Part shown: positions 8,769 to 18,648 of the stretch, one piece after another
How the letters are laid out: each line of letters begins with the position of its first letter
How positions within the stretch are numbered: position 1 is the stretch's first letter
Source: Cyanobacteria bacterium P01_A01_bin.123
GTDB taxonomy: Bacteria > Cyanobacteriota > Cyanobacteriia > Phormidesmidales > Phormidesmidaceae
Direction of reading: 5' to 3'
DNA length: 64,000 nucleotides
Assembly: GCA_039815185.1 (NCBI GenBank)
Contig: JBCBZT010000021.1
Location: 60,192-124,191 of the forward strand
Translations under genes and position numbers: made by a program
Notes under the pieces: generated by a model
Told to the model about the DNA's origin: nothing
The model's database searches: none
The model's input: only the letters and a program-made list of their open reading frames with translations

Positions 8769-10256
8769 ATGAAGGCAATTATGGTGGTAGGAACCACGTC
8801 CCATGCGGGTAAATCCCTTTTGGTGACTGCCCTTTGCCGAGTCTTCAGTCGTCGCGGCTGGCGAGTGGCCCCCTTCAAAGGGCAAAATATGGCGCTGAAT
8901 GCTTATGTCACCGCGACTGGTGCTGAAATTGGGTATGCTCAAGCGCTGCAAGCCTGGGCTGCTGGGGTGCCTCCCCAAGTGGAAATGAACCCGATTTTGC
9001 TCAAACCCCAGGGAGACATGACATCCCAGGTGGTGTTGAAAGGACGCGCTATTGGCCGGACTAATGCGGCTGAGTATTACGACAAATTCTTTGATGTGGG
9101 TTGGCAAGCGATTCAAGACGCGCTATCCCGGCTGGGTCAAGACTTTGACCTAGTGGTGTGTGAGGGAGCAGGTAGTCCCGCAGAAATCAACCTCAAACAT
9201 CGTGACCTGACCAACATGCGTGTTGCCCAACATCTTGATGCGCCTACGATTTTGATTGCAGATATTGATCGCGGTGGTGTCTTTGCCCATATTATCGGCA
9301 CTTTAGAACTCCTCGATCCTGATGAACGAGCCTTAATCAAGGGCATCGTGATTAACAAGTTTCGAGGGCAGCGAGAGCTGCTGCAATCAGGCATTGATTG
9401 GCTAGAAGAGCGTACTGGGATTCCGGTATTGGGGGTACTCCCCTGGATGGATCAGGTCTTCCCTGCCGAAGATTCACTGTCACTGATGTCCCGTGAACCT
9501 GATCGGGGCAGTGGTGAGGTAACGGTCGCTGTGATTCGCTTGCCGCGCATTTCTAACTTTACGGATTTTGACCCGCTCGAAGCTGAACCTTCGGTGCGAG
9601 TCAAATATGTCAGCTCTCGAGAGGGGCTAGGCTATCCTGATGCGATCATTTTGCCCGGCTCCAAAACTGCGATCGCGGATCTAATTGCCCTCCAGCGTTC
9701 AGGCTTGGCCGAAGAAATTCAAAACTACGCTGCTGCGGGTGGAACCGTGATGGGGATTTGTGGTGGCTTTCAGATCATGGGTGACCTGCTTGCCGATCCG
9801 GAGGGGATTGAAGGTCATGAGGGGCGTTTCAAAGGATTGGGGCTCTTGCCCCTACGGACAGTGATCACGACCCAAAAAGTTGCCCGTCAGCGCAACGCGA
9901 CGTCGCAATATCCTCAAGAAGGGCTCCCCATTGTGGGCTATGAAATTCATCAAGGCCGCACTCAGTTATCTTCTACAAAAGATGATCCTGACGCGCCGAA
10001 TTATCATTCTCTTTTTGACGATCGCAGCTTAGGGGTTGTCGATGAGTCGATGTCTATTTGGGGCACCTATCTGCACGGCATTTTTGATAATGGGGCTTGG
10101 CGTCGCGCTTGGCTCAATCATTTGCGTCAGCAACGGGGTCTTGGGTCTTTACCCACGGGTGTGCCGAACTATCGAGAGCAGCGAGAAGCCATCCTGAGTG
10201 AGCTTGCCGATACGGTTGAAAAGCATCTCAACCTTGATGCTATTTTGCCAAGCTGA
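8769..10256 (+). CDS. cobQ: Cobyric acid synthase
   Basis: GTTSHAGKS, PFKGQNMALN, EGAGSPAEINL, ISNFTD, GICGG, GYEIH, GTYLHG. Confidence 0.97.
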   Translation: MKAIMVVGTTSHAGKSLLVTALCRVFSRRGWRVAPFKGQNMALNAYVTATGAEIGYAQALQAWAAGVPPQVEMNPILLKPQGDMTSQVVLKGRAIGRTNAAEYYDKFFDVGWQAIQDALSRLGQDFDLVVCEGAGSPAEINLKHRDLTNMRVAQHLDAPTILIADIDRGGVFAHIIGTLELLDPDERALIKGIVINKFRGQRELLQSGIDWLEERTGIPVLGVLPWMDQVFPAEDSLSLMSREPDRGSGEVTVAVIRLPRISNFTDFDPLEAEPSVRVKYVSSREGLGYPDAIILPGSKTAIADLIALQRSGLAEEIQNYAAAGGTVMGICGGFQIMGDLLADPEGIEGHEGRFKGLGLLPLRTVITTQKVARQRNATSQYPQEGLPIVGYEIHQGRTQLSSTKDDPDAPNYHSLFDDRSLGVVDESMSIWGTYLHGIFDNGAWRRAWLNHLRQQRGLGSLPTGVPNYREQREAILSELADTVEKHLNLDAILPS

Positions 10257-10489
10257 ACGGAGTCAAATTTGGCATTGGTAGTGGTTCCTTGCAACCGATA
10301 CAGAACATCAGTGGGAGGCCCAAACCTACTGGCCGATTCATCCGCAAGATCGAGACTTTCCACCCCCGGTTCCCACCTATACCTCGCGCTATCTGGGGGC
10401 AGTGGCTGTGCTTTGGACGCTGAATTACCTCCATGAGGCTCAAGCTATTTCCCTCAGCCTTGATCCGGCAGCGTTAATGCTTTTCAGGT

Positions 10490-10792
10490 TCAAATGAGTG
10501 CGTTGAGCCGTTGAACGATAGGGTTTGAAATTTGGGATTGGATATGGCGATACGTTTGTACAATTTCGCTGACAACCCGATCTTCTACCTCAGCTGCCTG
10601 CTCACGAGAAGCATAGGATCGATAAAGCTCAGGATTCGTATCTGCATTGAATAGTGTTTCAGTGATGTCCTTAAACAGGATTTCATCTATCGGTGTTCCG
10701 ATGTCAACCCATGCCGCCGCATCTTGGAGCCTCAATATTGCCTTGTGGCGAATGAACATGCGAACCGGATAATCGCCGTTGCGCGGCTTCAT
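10490..10792 (-). CDS. Hypothetical 100-aa helical protein, paralog of 12782..13087
   Basis: 24/68 ungapped identities over the C-terminal part with 12782..13087 (manual alignment). Confidence 0.75.
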   Translation of the reverse strand: MKPRNGDYPVRMFIRHKAILRLQDAAAWVDIGTPIDEILFKDITETLFNADTNPELYRSYASREQAAEVEDRVVSEIVQTYRHIQSQISNPIVQRLNALI

Positions 10793-11049
10793 AACGTGCC
10801 TTTGAATTCTTAAGAAAATATTAAAGCATTCATCTTAATCCTTGCAAACCGTGCAAATCTGATTCGCTAGCGACTGCCCAAGCTGCGATCAGTGAAATTA
10901 CCCAGGGGGGTAATGCTGACTCAGAGTTGGGGTTGCCATTATGGGAACGTAGCAAGCCAAAAAGCCCATATCAAAGAGTTAAAGGCTTATGTGTGAGGGC
11001 TTTTAGGGCTTGCCGCACAGACCAAATACGAGAAAAGGATAATTGACTT

Positions 11050-11580
11050 ATGAACCCTGCAATTCCTGTAAGCGGCGCTCAAGCTGACTCTCTGCAATCT
11101 AGCAGTGAGCTGTACACCAAGAACATCTTGGGTCCCTCTTGGTTTGAGTTGTATGACCTGCGCGCTGAAGGCAGTGCTGGCAATCCCCTACCTCCAGTGC
11201 AAGTGGGGCCTGCTCAGTCTCCTTATGTGATCGCTTCTAACGAAGAGTTCACCATGAGTGTGAAAGTTCGCTTCAACCAGTCTCCGCTCACCGCTTTGCT
11301 AATGTGCCTCGGCACCGAAGTGAAGATTAACTTCCACTACGAAGGTTTCGGTGGCAACGCAGTTGAAATCGATCTCTCCGAGACGATCACGACTGAGAAG
11401 GACAAGTACGAATACATCGTCAGTATCACCACTACCCCTGATGCTGCGGGTCTAAATGCCGGCCTGTTTGAATTGGCTGCAACCGCTCAAGTTGGCCCTG
11501 GCCAGAACGAGTGCGCTCAGCACGTCTTCGGCTACGGCTACATCCAAGAGTTCTTGCTTCAGGTTTACCAAGCTATCTAA
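11050..11580 (+). CDS. Hypothetical 176-aa beta-rich (Ig-like) protein, probably highly expressed
   Basis: Alternating beta-strand pattern; C-ending codon bias; RBS AAGGA; no signal peptide. Confidence 0.85.
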   Translation: MNPAIPVSGAQADSLQSSSELYTKNILGPSWFELYDLRAEGSAGNPLPPVQVGPAQSPYVIASNEEFTMSVKVRFNQSPLTALLMCLGTEVKINFHYEGFGGNAVEIDLSETITTEKDKYEYIVSITTTPDAAGLNAGLFELAATAQVGPGQNECAQHVFGYGYIQEFLLQVYQAI

Positions 11581-11599
11581 GCCTAAATAAACCTGTCGT

Positions 11600-11668
11600 C
11601 GGTGGCCCTCCTTAGGGCCGCCGTCAAGTAGCTAACGATTGGTTGCTGGCAGGCTTCGACCTGCCAGC
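11600..11668 (+). terminator. Two tandem intergenic stem-loops (partial terminator or mRNA stabiliser)
   Basis: CGGTGGCCCT-cctt-AGGGCCGCCG (11600-11623) and GCTGGCAGG-cttcga-CCTGCCAGC-TTATT (11645-11668). Confidence 0.7.
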
Positions 11669-11686
11669 TTATTCTCTAGAGGTGTC

Positions 11687-12703
11687 ATGATGGCTCACGC
11701 AGACGCATACCCGTTCCACCCAGCGAATCCAAACCAGGAACTTAAGGTGATTCGAGGTATTGGCCCAGCTAAACAACGATGGCTTAATGCCTTGGGCGTT
11801 GATACAGTTGCAGACCTAGCCCGTTGTCAGCCCCAAACGTTGATCGAACAACTCACCGCGCGCAATCATCGCACCTCTCTAGAAGACGTGAAAGCTTGGA
11901 TTAATCGGGCACAAGCCCTTGAGTCTGCCACAGGATCGACTCAAAGGCCTGCCGCCAACTCAACTGCGCCGAGTATTGCCAACGCAATGCCTGACATGGA
12001 CGGTGCCCAAACTGGAGTACGCCCCAAAACCCTGCCTCTCTTAAAAAACGATTCTCCGGTTGAAAATGGGCGATCGCTGGCGACATTTCAAGTCGAATTG
12101 GTAGCTCATCAAGCTGATGAGGAAGAAATTCTGGAAACGCGTGTTTACCACGGGAAAAGTGATGACGCTGAGACTTGGGAGGGGTTAGCCGATGAAGCGT
12201 TACAACAATGGATGATCGCGCACGTCAACGCACCGAAAGACCCTACGGATATCCCTCCAGTACCAACGGACGATAAACTCTTGGCCACTGTCAAGCTGCC
12301 ACAACTCTCATTGCACCAGGATATCTCGTCTCACCCATCAATGATAGTCGTTGAACCTCGTTATCCTTTTTTGTCGAGCGCGATCGCGTCTGGTCAACCC
12401 TTTAACTTGCAGTTGGCGTTTCAACTGACTGATTTAGAACACTTAGAGCACCCTGACTTACCCACAGAATCGATTCAATATCGTATTCAGGTCAAGGCAT
12501 CTCATCTAGAAACCCAACAAACCACAATGCTGACGGATCAAAAAGCCAGCCTGGTTTATGACACGCCAGAAGCAACTTACTTAAACTCACCTGCATTAGT
12601 CTTGCCTGCTCCTGGCATTTACCGACTCAAGGTAAGTGTCACTGTCCTAAATCTGCCGTCAACCCCCGGACGGTTTATTCTGCCTTTGGTTCAAGCCGCA
12701 TAA
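11687..12703 (+). CDS. HhH (DUF4332-like) domain protein with a middle alpha/beta domain and a C-terminal beta-sandwich
   Basis: LKVIRGIGPAKQRWLNALGVDTVADLA HhH motif; start set at ATG behind AGAGG. Confidence 0.8.
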   Translation: MMAHADAYPFHPANPNQELKVIRGIGPAKQRWLNALGVDTVADLARCQPQTLIEQLTARNHRTSLEDVKAWINRAQALESATGSTQRPAANSTAPSIANAMPDMDGAQTGVRPKTLPLLKNDSPVENGRSLATFQVELVAHQADEEEILETRVYHGKSDDAETWEGLADEALQQWMIAHVNAPKDPTDIPPVPTDDKLLATVKLPQLSLHQDISSHPSMIVVEPRYPFLSSAIASGQPFNLQLAFQLTDLEHLEHPDLPTESIQYRIQVKASHLETQQTTMLTDQKASLVYDTPEATYLNSPALVLPAPGIYRLKVSVTVLNLPSTPGRFILPLVQAA

Positions 12704-12781
12704 GTTCAGTCTTTTAACGTTTGAGTCAATTCCAAAGACTCGGTATAATCTGCTGAATCGTTGCTTTCTTAAGGAAAGATT

Positions 12782-13087
12782 ATGAAGTCGATCAGCGCTA
12801 TGCCGATGAAAGCTGTTGTGTGCTGCAGGGTCAAGCAGGCTTTGCTTAAAGATTTTGAGCCTGATATTCAAAGCTGGCCAGCCCCTTTTGATGATCAATT
12901 GATCAAAGAACTCACGACAACGCTGTATCAATCAGACGACTACCGTAACCGCTATGCAACCTGCACTTCAAAGGCAGCAGCGGCAGCGATCGCAGCAGAT
13001 ATGGTCACTGATATTGCCGCTACCTATCGGGAGATCGAAGCCCGCAAGCAGAATGAGCAGATCCAGCAACTCAATGACTTGATTTAG
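12782..13087 (+). CDS. Hypothetical 101-aa helical protein, paralog of 10490..10792
   Basis: Shared TYR.I..N..Q.LN.LI C-terminus; RBS AAGGA. Confidence 0.75.
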   Translation: MKSISAMPMKAVVCCRVKQALLKDFEPDIQSWPAPFDDQLIKELTTTLYQSDDYRNRYATCTSKAAAAAIAADMVTDIAATYREIEARKQNEQIQQLNDLI

Positions 13088-13215
13088 TCATCAGAGATCC
13101 CAATTATTCGGTTTTAGTTGCCGGATTATCCGATTTTTTGAGCAGTCCATGCCAGGATGCTGCTATGGGTGTTGAATACGCCCTAATTTAGGTTGGCCTG
13201 ATTTCTGGGGATGCT

Positions 13216-14481
13216 ATGGTTGCGCTACTTTCACCTTTAATCATTGACCACAACCGTCTGGATGAGCGGATTCAGCGGCTGGCTAAAATTGGTCGCCAAC
13301 CCAATGGCAGCATTCGTCGGTTGGCCTTCACGCCAGAAATTGTGCGGGCGCGATATTTGGTGCAGCAGTGGATGGTGGAAGCCGGTATGGGTGTCCATGT
13401 TGATGCGGCAGGCAACTTGATTGGACGTTACGAGGGCACCGATCCGACTGCGCCAGCTTTAGCCACCGGGTCGCACATTGATACTGTCCCTTCGGGCGGC
13501 AAATTTGACGGGGTATTGGGGGTGCTCGCAGGGATTGAGGCGGTGCAAATGCTGCGGCAAACTCAGCAGCGCCTCACCCACCCGCTTGAAGTGATTATTT
13601 TCACCGATGAAGAAAATACGATGATTGGCGCGCAGGCGATCGCGGGTACGGCCTATACCCAAGATCCAGAACGCTATCGATCCAAAGCGGGAGAATCGAT
13701 CCAAGACTGTTTAGAGTTAATCGGCGGTAATTGGGATGAGTTGGCAACTGCCCAGCGATCGCGGGCTGATATGGCTGCTTTTATTGAACTGCATGTAGAG
13801 CAGGGAGCGGTCTTAGAGCACTACCAAAAAGAAATTGGCGTGGTGCAGGGCGTTGTCGGCATGCAGCGCAAAATCATTACCATCACCGGGCAGGCTAACC
13901 ATGCGGGCACGACGCCCATGGACATGCGTCAAGATGCCCTGGTGACCGCCGCTGAAATTGTGTTGGCAGTGCGCGATCTGGCCCATGATTTTCCCAAGAG
14001 TCAACCCGTCGCGACGGTGGGTCATTTAGATGTTCTCCCTAATGCCGTCAATATTGTGCCCGGTCGGGTCGAGTTGTCAGTAGACATGCGGGATTTGTCT
14101 GAAGCCTGCCTGCATGAGATGGTGAGTCGTTTGGAAGCAAAAATCGATGCGATCGCTGCCAAAAATCGCACGCCTGTCCAGATCAATCCTGTGCTTTGTG
14201 TTGAACCCACCCTTGCTGCCCCTCAAATTCAGACCACGATTGAAGGCATCTGCCAAAGGTTAAATCTAAGCTACTGTTCGCTACCGAGTCGTGCCGGACA
14301 CGATGCCCTGGAGATGGGACGGATTACGGATATGGGGATGATTTTTGTGCCGAGTCAGCACGGTATCAGCCACTCTGAAGCAGAGTATACGTCGCCGGAG
14401 CAATGTACGGCTGGGGCTAATGTTTTGCTACAAACGTTTTTGGAATTGGACAAGCTGTATGCGGCCAATCTTAGGTTTTAG
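13216..14481 (+). CDS. M20 Zn-dependent amidohydrolase (allantoate amidohydrolase / N-carbamoylase family)
   Basis: GSHIDTVP.GG.FDG, DEE, ELHVEQG, NHAGTTPM, AGHDA, GISHS. Confidence 0.92.
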   Translation: MVALLSPLIIDHNRLDERIQRLAKIGRQPNGSIRRLAFTPEIVRARYLVQQWMVEAGMGVHVDAAGNLIGRYEGTDPTAPALATGSHIDTVPSGGKFDGVLGVLAGIEAVQMLRQTQQRLTHPLEVIIFTDEENTMIGAQAIAGTAYTQDPERYRSKAGESIQDCLELIGGNWDELATAQRSRADMAAFIELHVEQGAVLEHYQKEIGVVQGVVGMQRKIITITGQANHAGTTPMDMRQDALVTAAEIVLAVRDLAHDFPKSQPVATVGHLDVLPNAVNIVPGRVELSVDMRDLSEACLHEMVSRLEAKIDAIAAKNRTPVQINPVLCVEPTLAAPQIQTTIEGICQRLNLSYCSLPSRAGHDALEMGRITDMGMIFVPSQHGISHSEAEYTSPEQCTAGANVLLQTFLELDKLYAANLRF

Positions 14482-14569
14482 CCTCCGGCGTCAGCTCAGT
14501 CGAATACTAAACTAGAAGTAGGCACACTTCCCTAATAACCCTGCCTTTGCCGCTCCCAGTAGAGCCCCC

Positions 14570-15409
14570 ATGGCCTTCATCAACCCCAAAACTGACTTTG
14601 CCTTCAAGAAGATCTTTGGCTCCCCCCAAAGTCAGCCCGTGTTGATTAGTTTTCTCAATGGCCTGCTTTACGACGGCACAGACACCGTTCAATCCTTAGA
14701 TATCCTCAATCCCTATCAGGCTCCCCGCATCCGGGGCATGAAAGATACCTATCTCGATGTCAAAGCGCTGCTCAATGACGGCACCAGCGTGATTATCGAA
14801 ATGCAGGTGTTGAATGTCGAAGGCTTTGAAAAGCGGATTCTCTACAACGCCGCTAAGACCTATTCCACTCAGCTGGGTAGTGGCGATGACTACACCCTGC
14901 TCAATCCAGTGATTGCCTTGACCATCACTGATTTTGTCATGTTTGAGGAGCTTGAGGGCTATCGTTCTTGCTTTGTGCTCAAGGAAAAGGATTTTTTAAT
15001 TGACTACTCCAGCTATGACCTAGAACTGGTATTTGTGGAGCTACCTAAGTTTGAACAGTCGCTGGGACAACTCAGAAGCCTGATGGAGCGGTGGTTGTTT
15101 TTCCTCAAAAATGCTAAACAACTGCAAGCAATTCCCGATGAGATGAACGATGTCCCGGCCCTGCGACAAGCCTTTGAGTTTGCCAATCAGGCAAATCTGT
15201 CACCGGAGGAGTTGGAGGATTTAGAACATCAGGAGATATTTATCCATGACCAGCGCAATGCGATTAAGCGGGCCTTAAATCAAGGGTTGGAGCAAGGGCG
15301 AGAAGAAGGGATTCGGCAGGTTGCTAAACAGATGAAGGCTGCTGGTATGGCGATCGCTCAAATTGCCCAAATCACGGATTTATCTGCTGAGGACATTGAG
15401 GAGCTGTGA
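14570..15409 (+). CDS. Rpn family PD-(D/E)XK nuclease / putative transposase
   Basis: INPKTDFAFKKIFG, LDVKA, IIEMQV, ELPKF, GLEQGREEG tail. Confidence 0.9.
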   Translation: MAFINPKTDFAFKKIFGSPQSQPVLISFLNGLLYDGTDTVQSLDILNPYQAPRIRGMKDTYLDVKALLNDGTSVIIEMQVLNVEGFEKRILYNAAKTYSTQLGSGDDYTLLNPVIALTITDFVMFEELEGYRSCFVLKEKDFLIDYSSYDLELVFVELPKFEQSLGQLRSLMERWLFFLKNAKQLQAIPDEMNDVPALRQAFEFANQANLSPEELEDLEHQEIFIHDQRNAIKRALNQGLEQGREEGIRQVAKQMKAAGMAIAQIAQITDLSAEDIEEL

Positions 15410-15510
15410 TTCGATCTGCGATCGCGTCCTTTAATACAAGCCAATAAACCTGCGATCGCGTCCTTCCATACAGAATCTCGCCCTCTTGCCACCAACCTCA
15501 TCAATCTGAA

Positions 15511-15699
15511 TTAACCAGCCTGTTTACCACGCATCCATCGATAACCGACAAACACTAAAGCTGCTGACACTACAATTGCGGGCAAAGGATTCCTCCCTTG
15601 GGTTTCAGGCAATCTCTCAATGAAAAGGTTGTAGAAAATCCAACCTGCGAGACCTAGCCCCAATAGGAATATGATCAAACCCAGAATACGCCTAACCAT
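15511..15699 (-). CDS. Small two-TM membrane protein
   Basis: Two hydrophobic helices; RBS AGGAG. Confidence 0.65.
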   Translation of the reverse strand: MVRRILGLIIFLLGLGLAGWIFYNLFIERLPETQGRNPLPAIVVSAALVFVGYRWMRGKQAG

Positions 15700-15801
15700 T
15701 TTCTCCTAGAAGTAGAAGGGTTGCTCCAACTTTATCCTAAGTTCTTGTACGGATTGGGGCGATTGAGTTGGCAGGAGATTAGCGCCATGTTTGGAATCAG
15801 T

Positions 15802-16150
15802 TCAAGCCTCTAGTAAATTTTTCAAGCGCTTTAGCACACGCAGCACAGCATACAAGTCATTGCTGCGGTTAAGCAGTGAAAACAAGTGAGATGTTGTATA
15901 TTGAGGGGTCTGATAAGATGCAAGCTTAAGAAATAAAAACTCGCTGCCGTTTAGAATAAGACCAAAAGTTGGCTTCTCCGAATCTGGAGTTGCCAGCATA
16001 TAAGCCAAAGCCTGGGGAATTGCCTTAGTGATTGAAAACTCCGAATTCTTAGCTTCAATGACTGTGACCCACAATTGCCGTTGAATCACCACCACATGAA
16101 TAGCACCTTGAATCACATTTGACGTGTCTAGCTGCGATCGTTTGCGTCAT
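15802..16150 (-). pseudogene. Internally deleted PD-(D/E)xK / HsdR-N-like cyanobacterial gene
   Basis: Family-like start MTQTIAARHVK (ATG 16150) joined out of frame to the C-terminal half IQGAIHVVVIQRQLWVTVIEAK..PQALAYM..NGSEF. Confidence 0.6.
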
Positions 16151-16186
16151 GTTTGAATCTGAAGCAGACTAATGTGTTTATTTTAC

Positions 16187-17110
16187 TCAACCCGTAACTT
16201 CAGAAATTGAAGAGGCTCTGCAAGTTGATTTCAGTGTTTCTAGAAACGTAAATGTGGCGGGTAAATGCAGAGCGTCTTTCAAAACTGCACAGCCATTAAT
16301 GCGCTCTAAGGGCACGGGTAACGGAAAAACCTGAAAATCGCTCACAAAAGACTCAATTTCATAGCCGTGCATCACAGTCCCTCCCAATCCCTGCCTCACC
16401 ATGCCCAAAATCGTTGACGCTTCACGCACTTCGTATGATGCAATTTGAATCGAGTGTTGGTGATGGTCAAAATGCTGGATGATCATCCGGTCACAGCAGT
16501 CTTTCTCTGGGGAAAGAATCATGGGATATTGGGCGATTTCTTCCCAACTGAGATGAGTCCCTGCGTGACTTGAATCAGGTGGAAGAATTACCAAAAACTC
16601 ATCCCGAAACAGTTCCCAAGTTTCTAATTCTGGTGAAGAAGGTAAATGGAGCAACCCAATGTCAGCTTGTTTGGTTTGTAGTACTTGTTCAACCTCATCC
16701 TGACAGGTACATTCCACCAGAGACACTGTGATGGACGGAAACTGCTGGCTAAATTGGGCGATCGCTTGGGGTAAAAAAGACGTGGCTAAACTTCTAAATG
16801 TCGCCACCCGCACACTGCCACCGGCAAGCCCACGCACCAAATCAGCTTCTTGTGTCGCCTGATCCAAAGCTGCCAGAATCGTCCGCGCTTGAATTAGAAT
16901 GCGTTTGCCCACAGGCGTTAGCTGAGCGCCATGTCGTCCTCGGAAGAAAAGGCTGATACCCAGTTCTGCTTCTAAACCAGCGATCGCATGGCTAATAGAT
17001 GACTGAGACAGATCTAACTCATCCGCAGCCCGACTAAAGCTTTGATAGTCTGCTACTGCAACCAAAGCTTTGATTTGGGAGAGTTTAAGTCTGTCTGAAT
17101 GACGCCCCAT
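16187..17110 (-). CDS. LysR family transcriptional regulator
   Basis: SFSRAADELDLSQSSISHAIAGLEAELG HTH. Confidence 0.95.
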   Translation of the reverse strand: MGRHSDRLKLSQIKALVAVADYQSFSRAADELDLSQSSISHAIAGLEAELGISLFFRGRHGAQLTPVGKRILIQARTILAALDQATQEADLVRGLAGGSVRVATFRSLATSFLPQAIAQFSQQFPSITVSLVECTCQDEVEQVLQTKQADIGLLHLPSSPELETWELFRDEFLVILPPDSSHAGTHLSWEEIAQYPMILSPEKDCCDRMIIQHFDHHQHSIQIASYEVREASTILGMVRQGLGGTVMHGYEIESFVSDFQVFPLPVPLERINGCAVLKDALHLPATFTFLETLKSTCRASSISEVTG

Positions 17111-17205
17111 ACTGATTCATCCAGTGACAAAGGTCAAGAGCTTGTCCAATTGATATATCCCAGGCAGAATCTGGGATATATCAAAGCGTTCAGGAGGCGA
17201 TCGCG

Positions 17206-17625
17206 CTACTCCTCAATTTTGACCGAGACAATCTTATCGCCTTGGCTAATGGCGTTGACTACATCCATGTCTTCAGTTTTACCAAACACCGTGTGTACCC
17301 CGTCCAAATGAGGCTGGGGCGCATGGCAAATAAAGAACTGACTTCCCCCCGTATCGCGCCCAGCATGGGCCATTGAGAGGGTTCCGGCCTCATGCTTATT
17401 GGGGTTGATTTCGCACTTGATCGTGTAACCCGGGCCACCCCGTCCTGAGCCTTCGGGGCAACCGCCCTGAACCATAAAATTGGAAATCACCCGGTGAAAA
17501 TTTAAACCGTCGTAAAAGCCTGACTGCGAGAGTTTGACGAAATTCTCTACGGTTTTGGGCGCATCTTGGTCAAAGAGCTCTAGATTAATCGTCCCCTTTT
17601 CCGTTTCCATCACTGCACGAGTCAT
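17206..17625 (-). CDS. Cyclophilin-type peptidyl-prolyl isomerase
   Basis: [34 protein letters not shown]. Confidence 0.96.
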   Translation of the reverse strand: MTRAVMETEKGTINLELFDQDAPKTVENFVKLSQSGFYDGLNFHRVISNFMVQGGCPEGSGRGGPGYTIKCEINPNKHEAGTLSMAHAGRDTGGSQFFICHAPQPHLDGVHTVFGKTEDMDVVNAISQGDKIVSVKIEE

Positions 17626-17685
17626 AGGTACTCCTGTTTCTAAATCTATCTATCCGTTCACCATTGACGCATGAAACGCCAAAGA

Positions 17686-18648
17686 TTAACGATTTTTTGG
17701 CAGTTTCTTTTTGGTCGCCTTGGTCGTCGCCACCGCTTTCGGGTAGACCTTAAATTTATCCATTGCCTGACTGGCCGCTGCAACCACCGCCATATCAGAA
17801 TCACGCAGTGCCCGTTTGAGCAACGGGATCACCTGACGCGATCGCGTTTCGGCCAAAGCTTCCACTGCTGACAGCCTCACAGCGGGATCACTATCTTGAC
17901 AAAGCTTGGCTAATAATGGCATCGCCTTCTTGGTTTCTGCCCGCAAGGGTTGCTTTAAGACGGCTTTGCAGGCGACAGCAATCTGTTGCCGTTTGGCACT
18001 ATCGGGTTCGGTGCCCTCACGCATCATTTGAGAAAATGCAGGCAAGGTCAATGATGTTGCAGACGTTGTTACAACAGGGACTGACTGAGCTGCAGAAACA
18101 ACCGGAACCTCTGAAGCAATATCGTCAGGAGTAATATCGTCAGGGTTGGCTTGAGCCGCTCCAGCTCCAGCGCTAATTGGCGAACCAGTGTCAGTACTGG
18201 GGGGAGTAGGTGTGGCGATCGCAGCGTCAACTGGTGCAGCGGTAATAACTGCATTACGATTGGAGTCAACCTGGTGTTGGAGGCTTTCAATTTCTGTCTT
18301 TAAGGTCATGACTTCAGCATGTGAGGCAGTTACCTCAGCCTTTAAGGTCACAACTTCAGCCTTGGAAGCAGTGGCCCTAGCCTTCAAGGTGGAGACTTCA
18401 TCGTGATGGGTTTTCTGCGTTTGTGCCTGGGCGTCTGCAATCCCTTGGGTTAAACGTTGGTCATAATCCTGCTGGAGCTGGCGCGTCGCGTCTTGGAGAC
18501 GTTTGTTGTGTTCTTGTTCCAGTTGTTGAATGCGGGTGCGACTCCGTTGCAGTGCTTCGTTCTTTTCGACAATTTGGGACTGCGACCAGAAATAAACCAG
18601 CAGCGCCGCAAGCAGGCAGCCAACAATCAACCCAATGATAAACGCCAT
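17686..18648 (-). CDS. Membrane-anchored coiled-coil protein with C-terminal HEAT repeats
   Basis: N-terminal TM helix, heptads, DSDPAVRLSAVEAL / DSDMAVVAAASQA. Confidence 0.8.
   Translation of the reverse strand: MAFIIGLIVGCLLAALLVYFWSQSQIVEKNEALQRSRTRIQQLEQEHNKRLQDATRQLQQDYDQRLTQGIADAQAQTQKTHHDEVSTLKARATASKAEVVTLKAEVTASHAEVMTLKTEIESLQHQVDSNRNAVITAAPVDAAIATPTPPSTDTGSPISAGAGAAQANPDDITPDDIASEVPVVSAAQSVPVVTTSATSLTLPAFSQMMREGTEPDSAKRQQIAVACKAVLKQPLRAETKKAMPLLAKLCQDSDPAVRLSAVEALAETRSRQVIPLLKRALRDSDMAVVAAASQAMDKFKVYPKAVATTKATKKKLPKNR

Noticed and set aside
8620..8769. Cobalamin riboswitch before cobQ
   Set aside because: No B12-box consensus visible
10240..10443. 67-aa Cys-containing ORF as a fifth member of the novel module
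   Set aside because: No recognisable motif and it overlaps the cobQ end; cannot be supported, though not excluded
13216..14481. Amidohydrolase as part of the guanidine pathway or the four-gene module
   Set aside because: Separated from the guanidine operon and on the other strand; only proximity links it to the module
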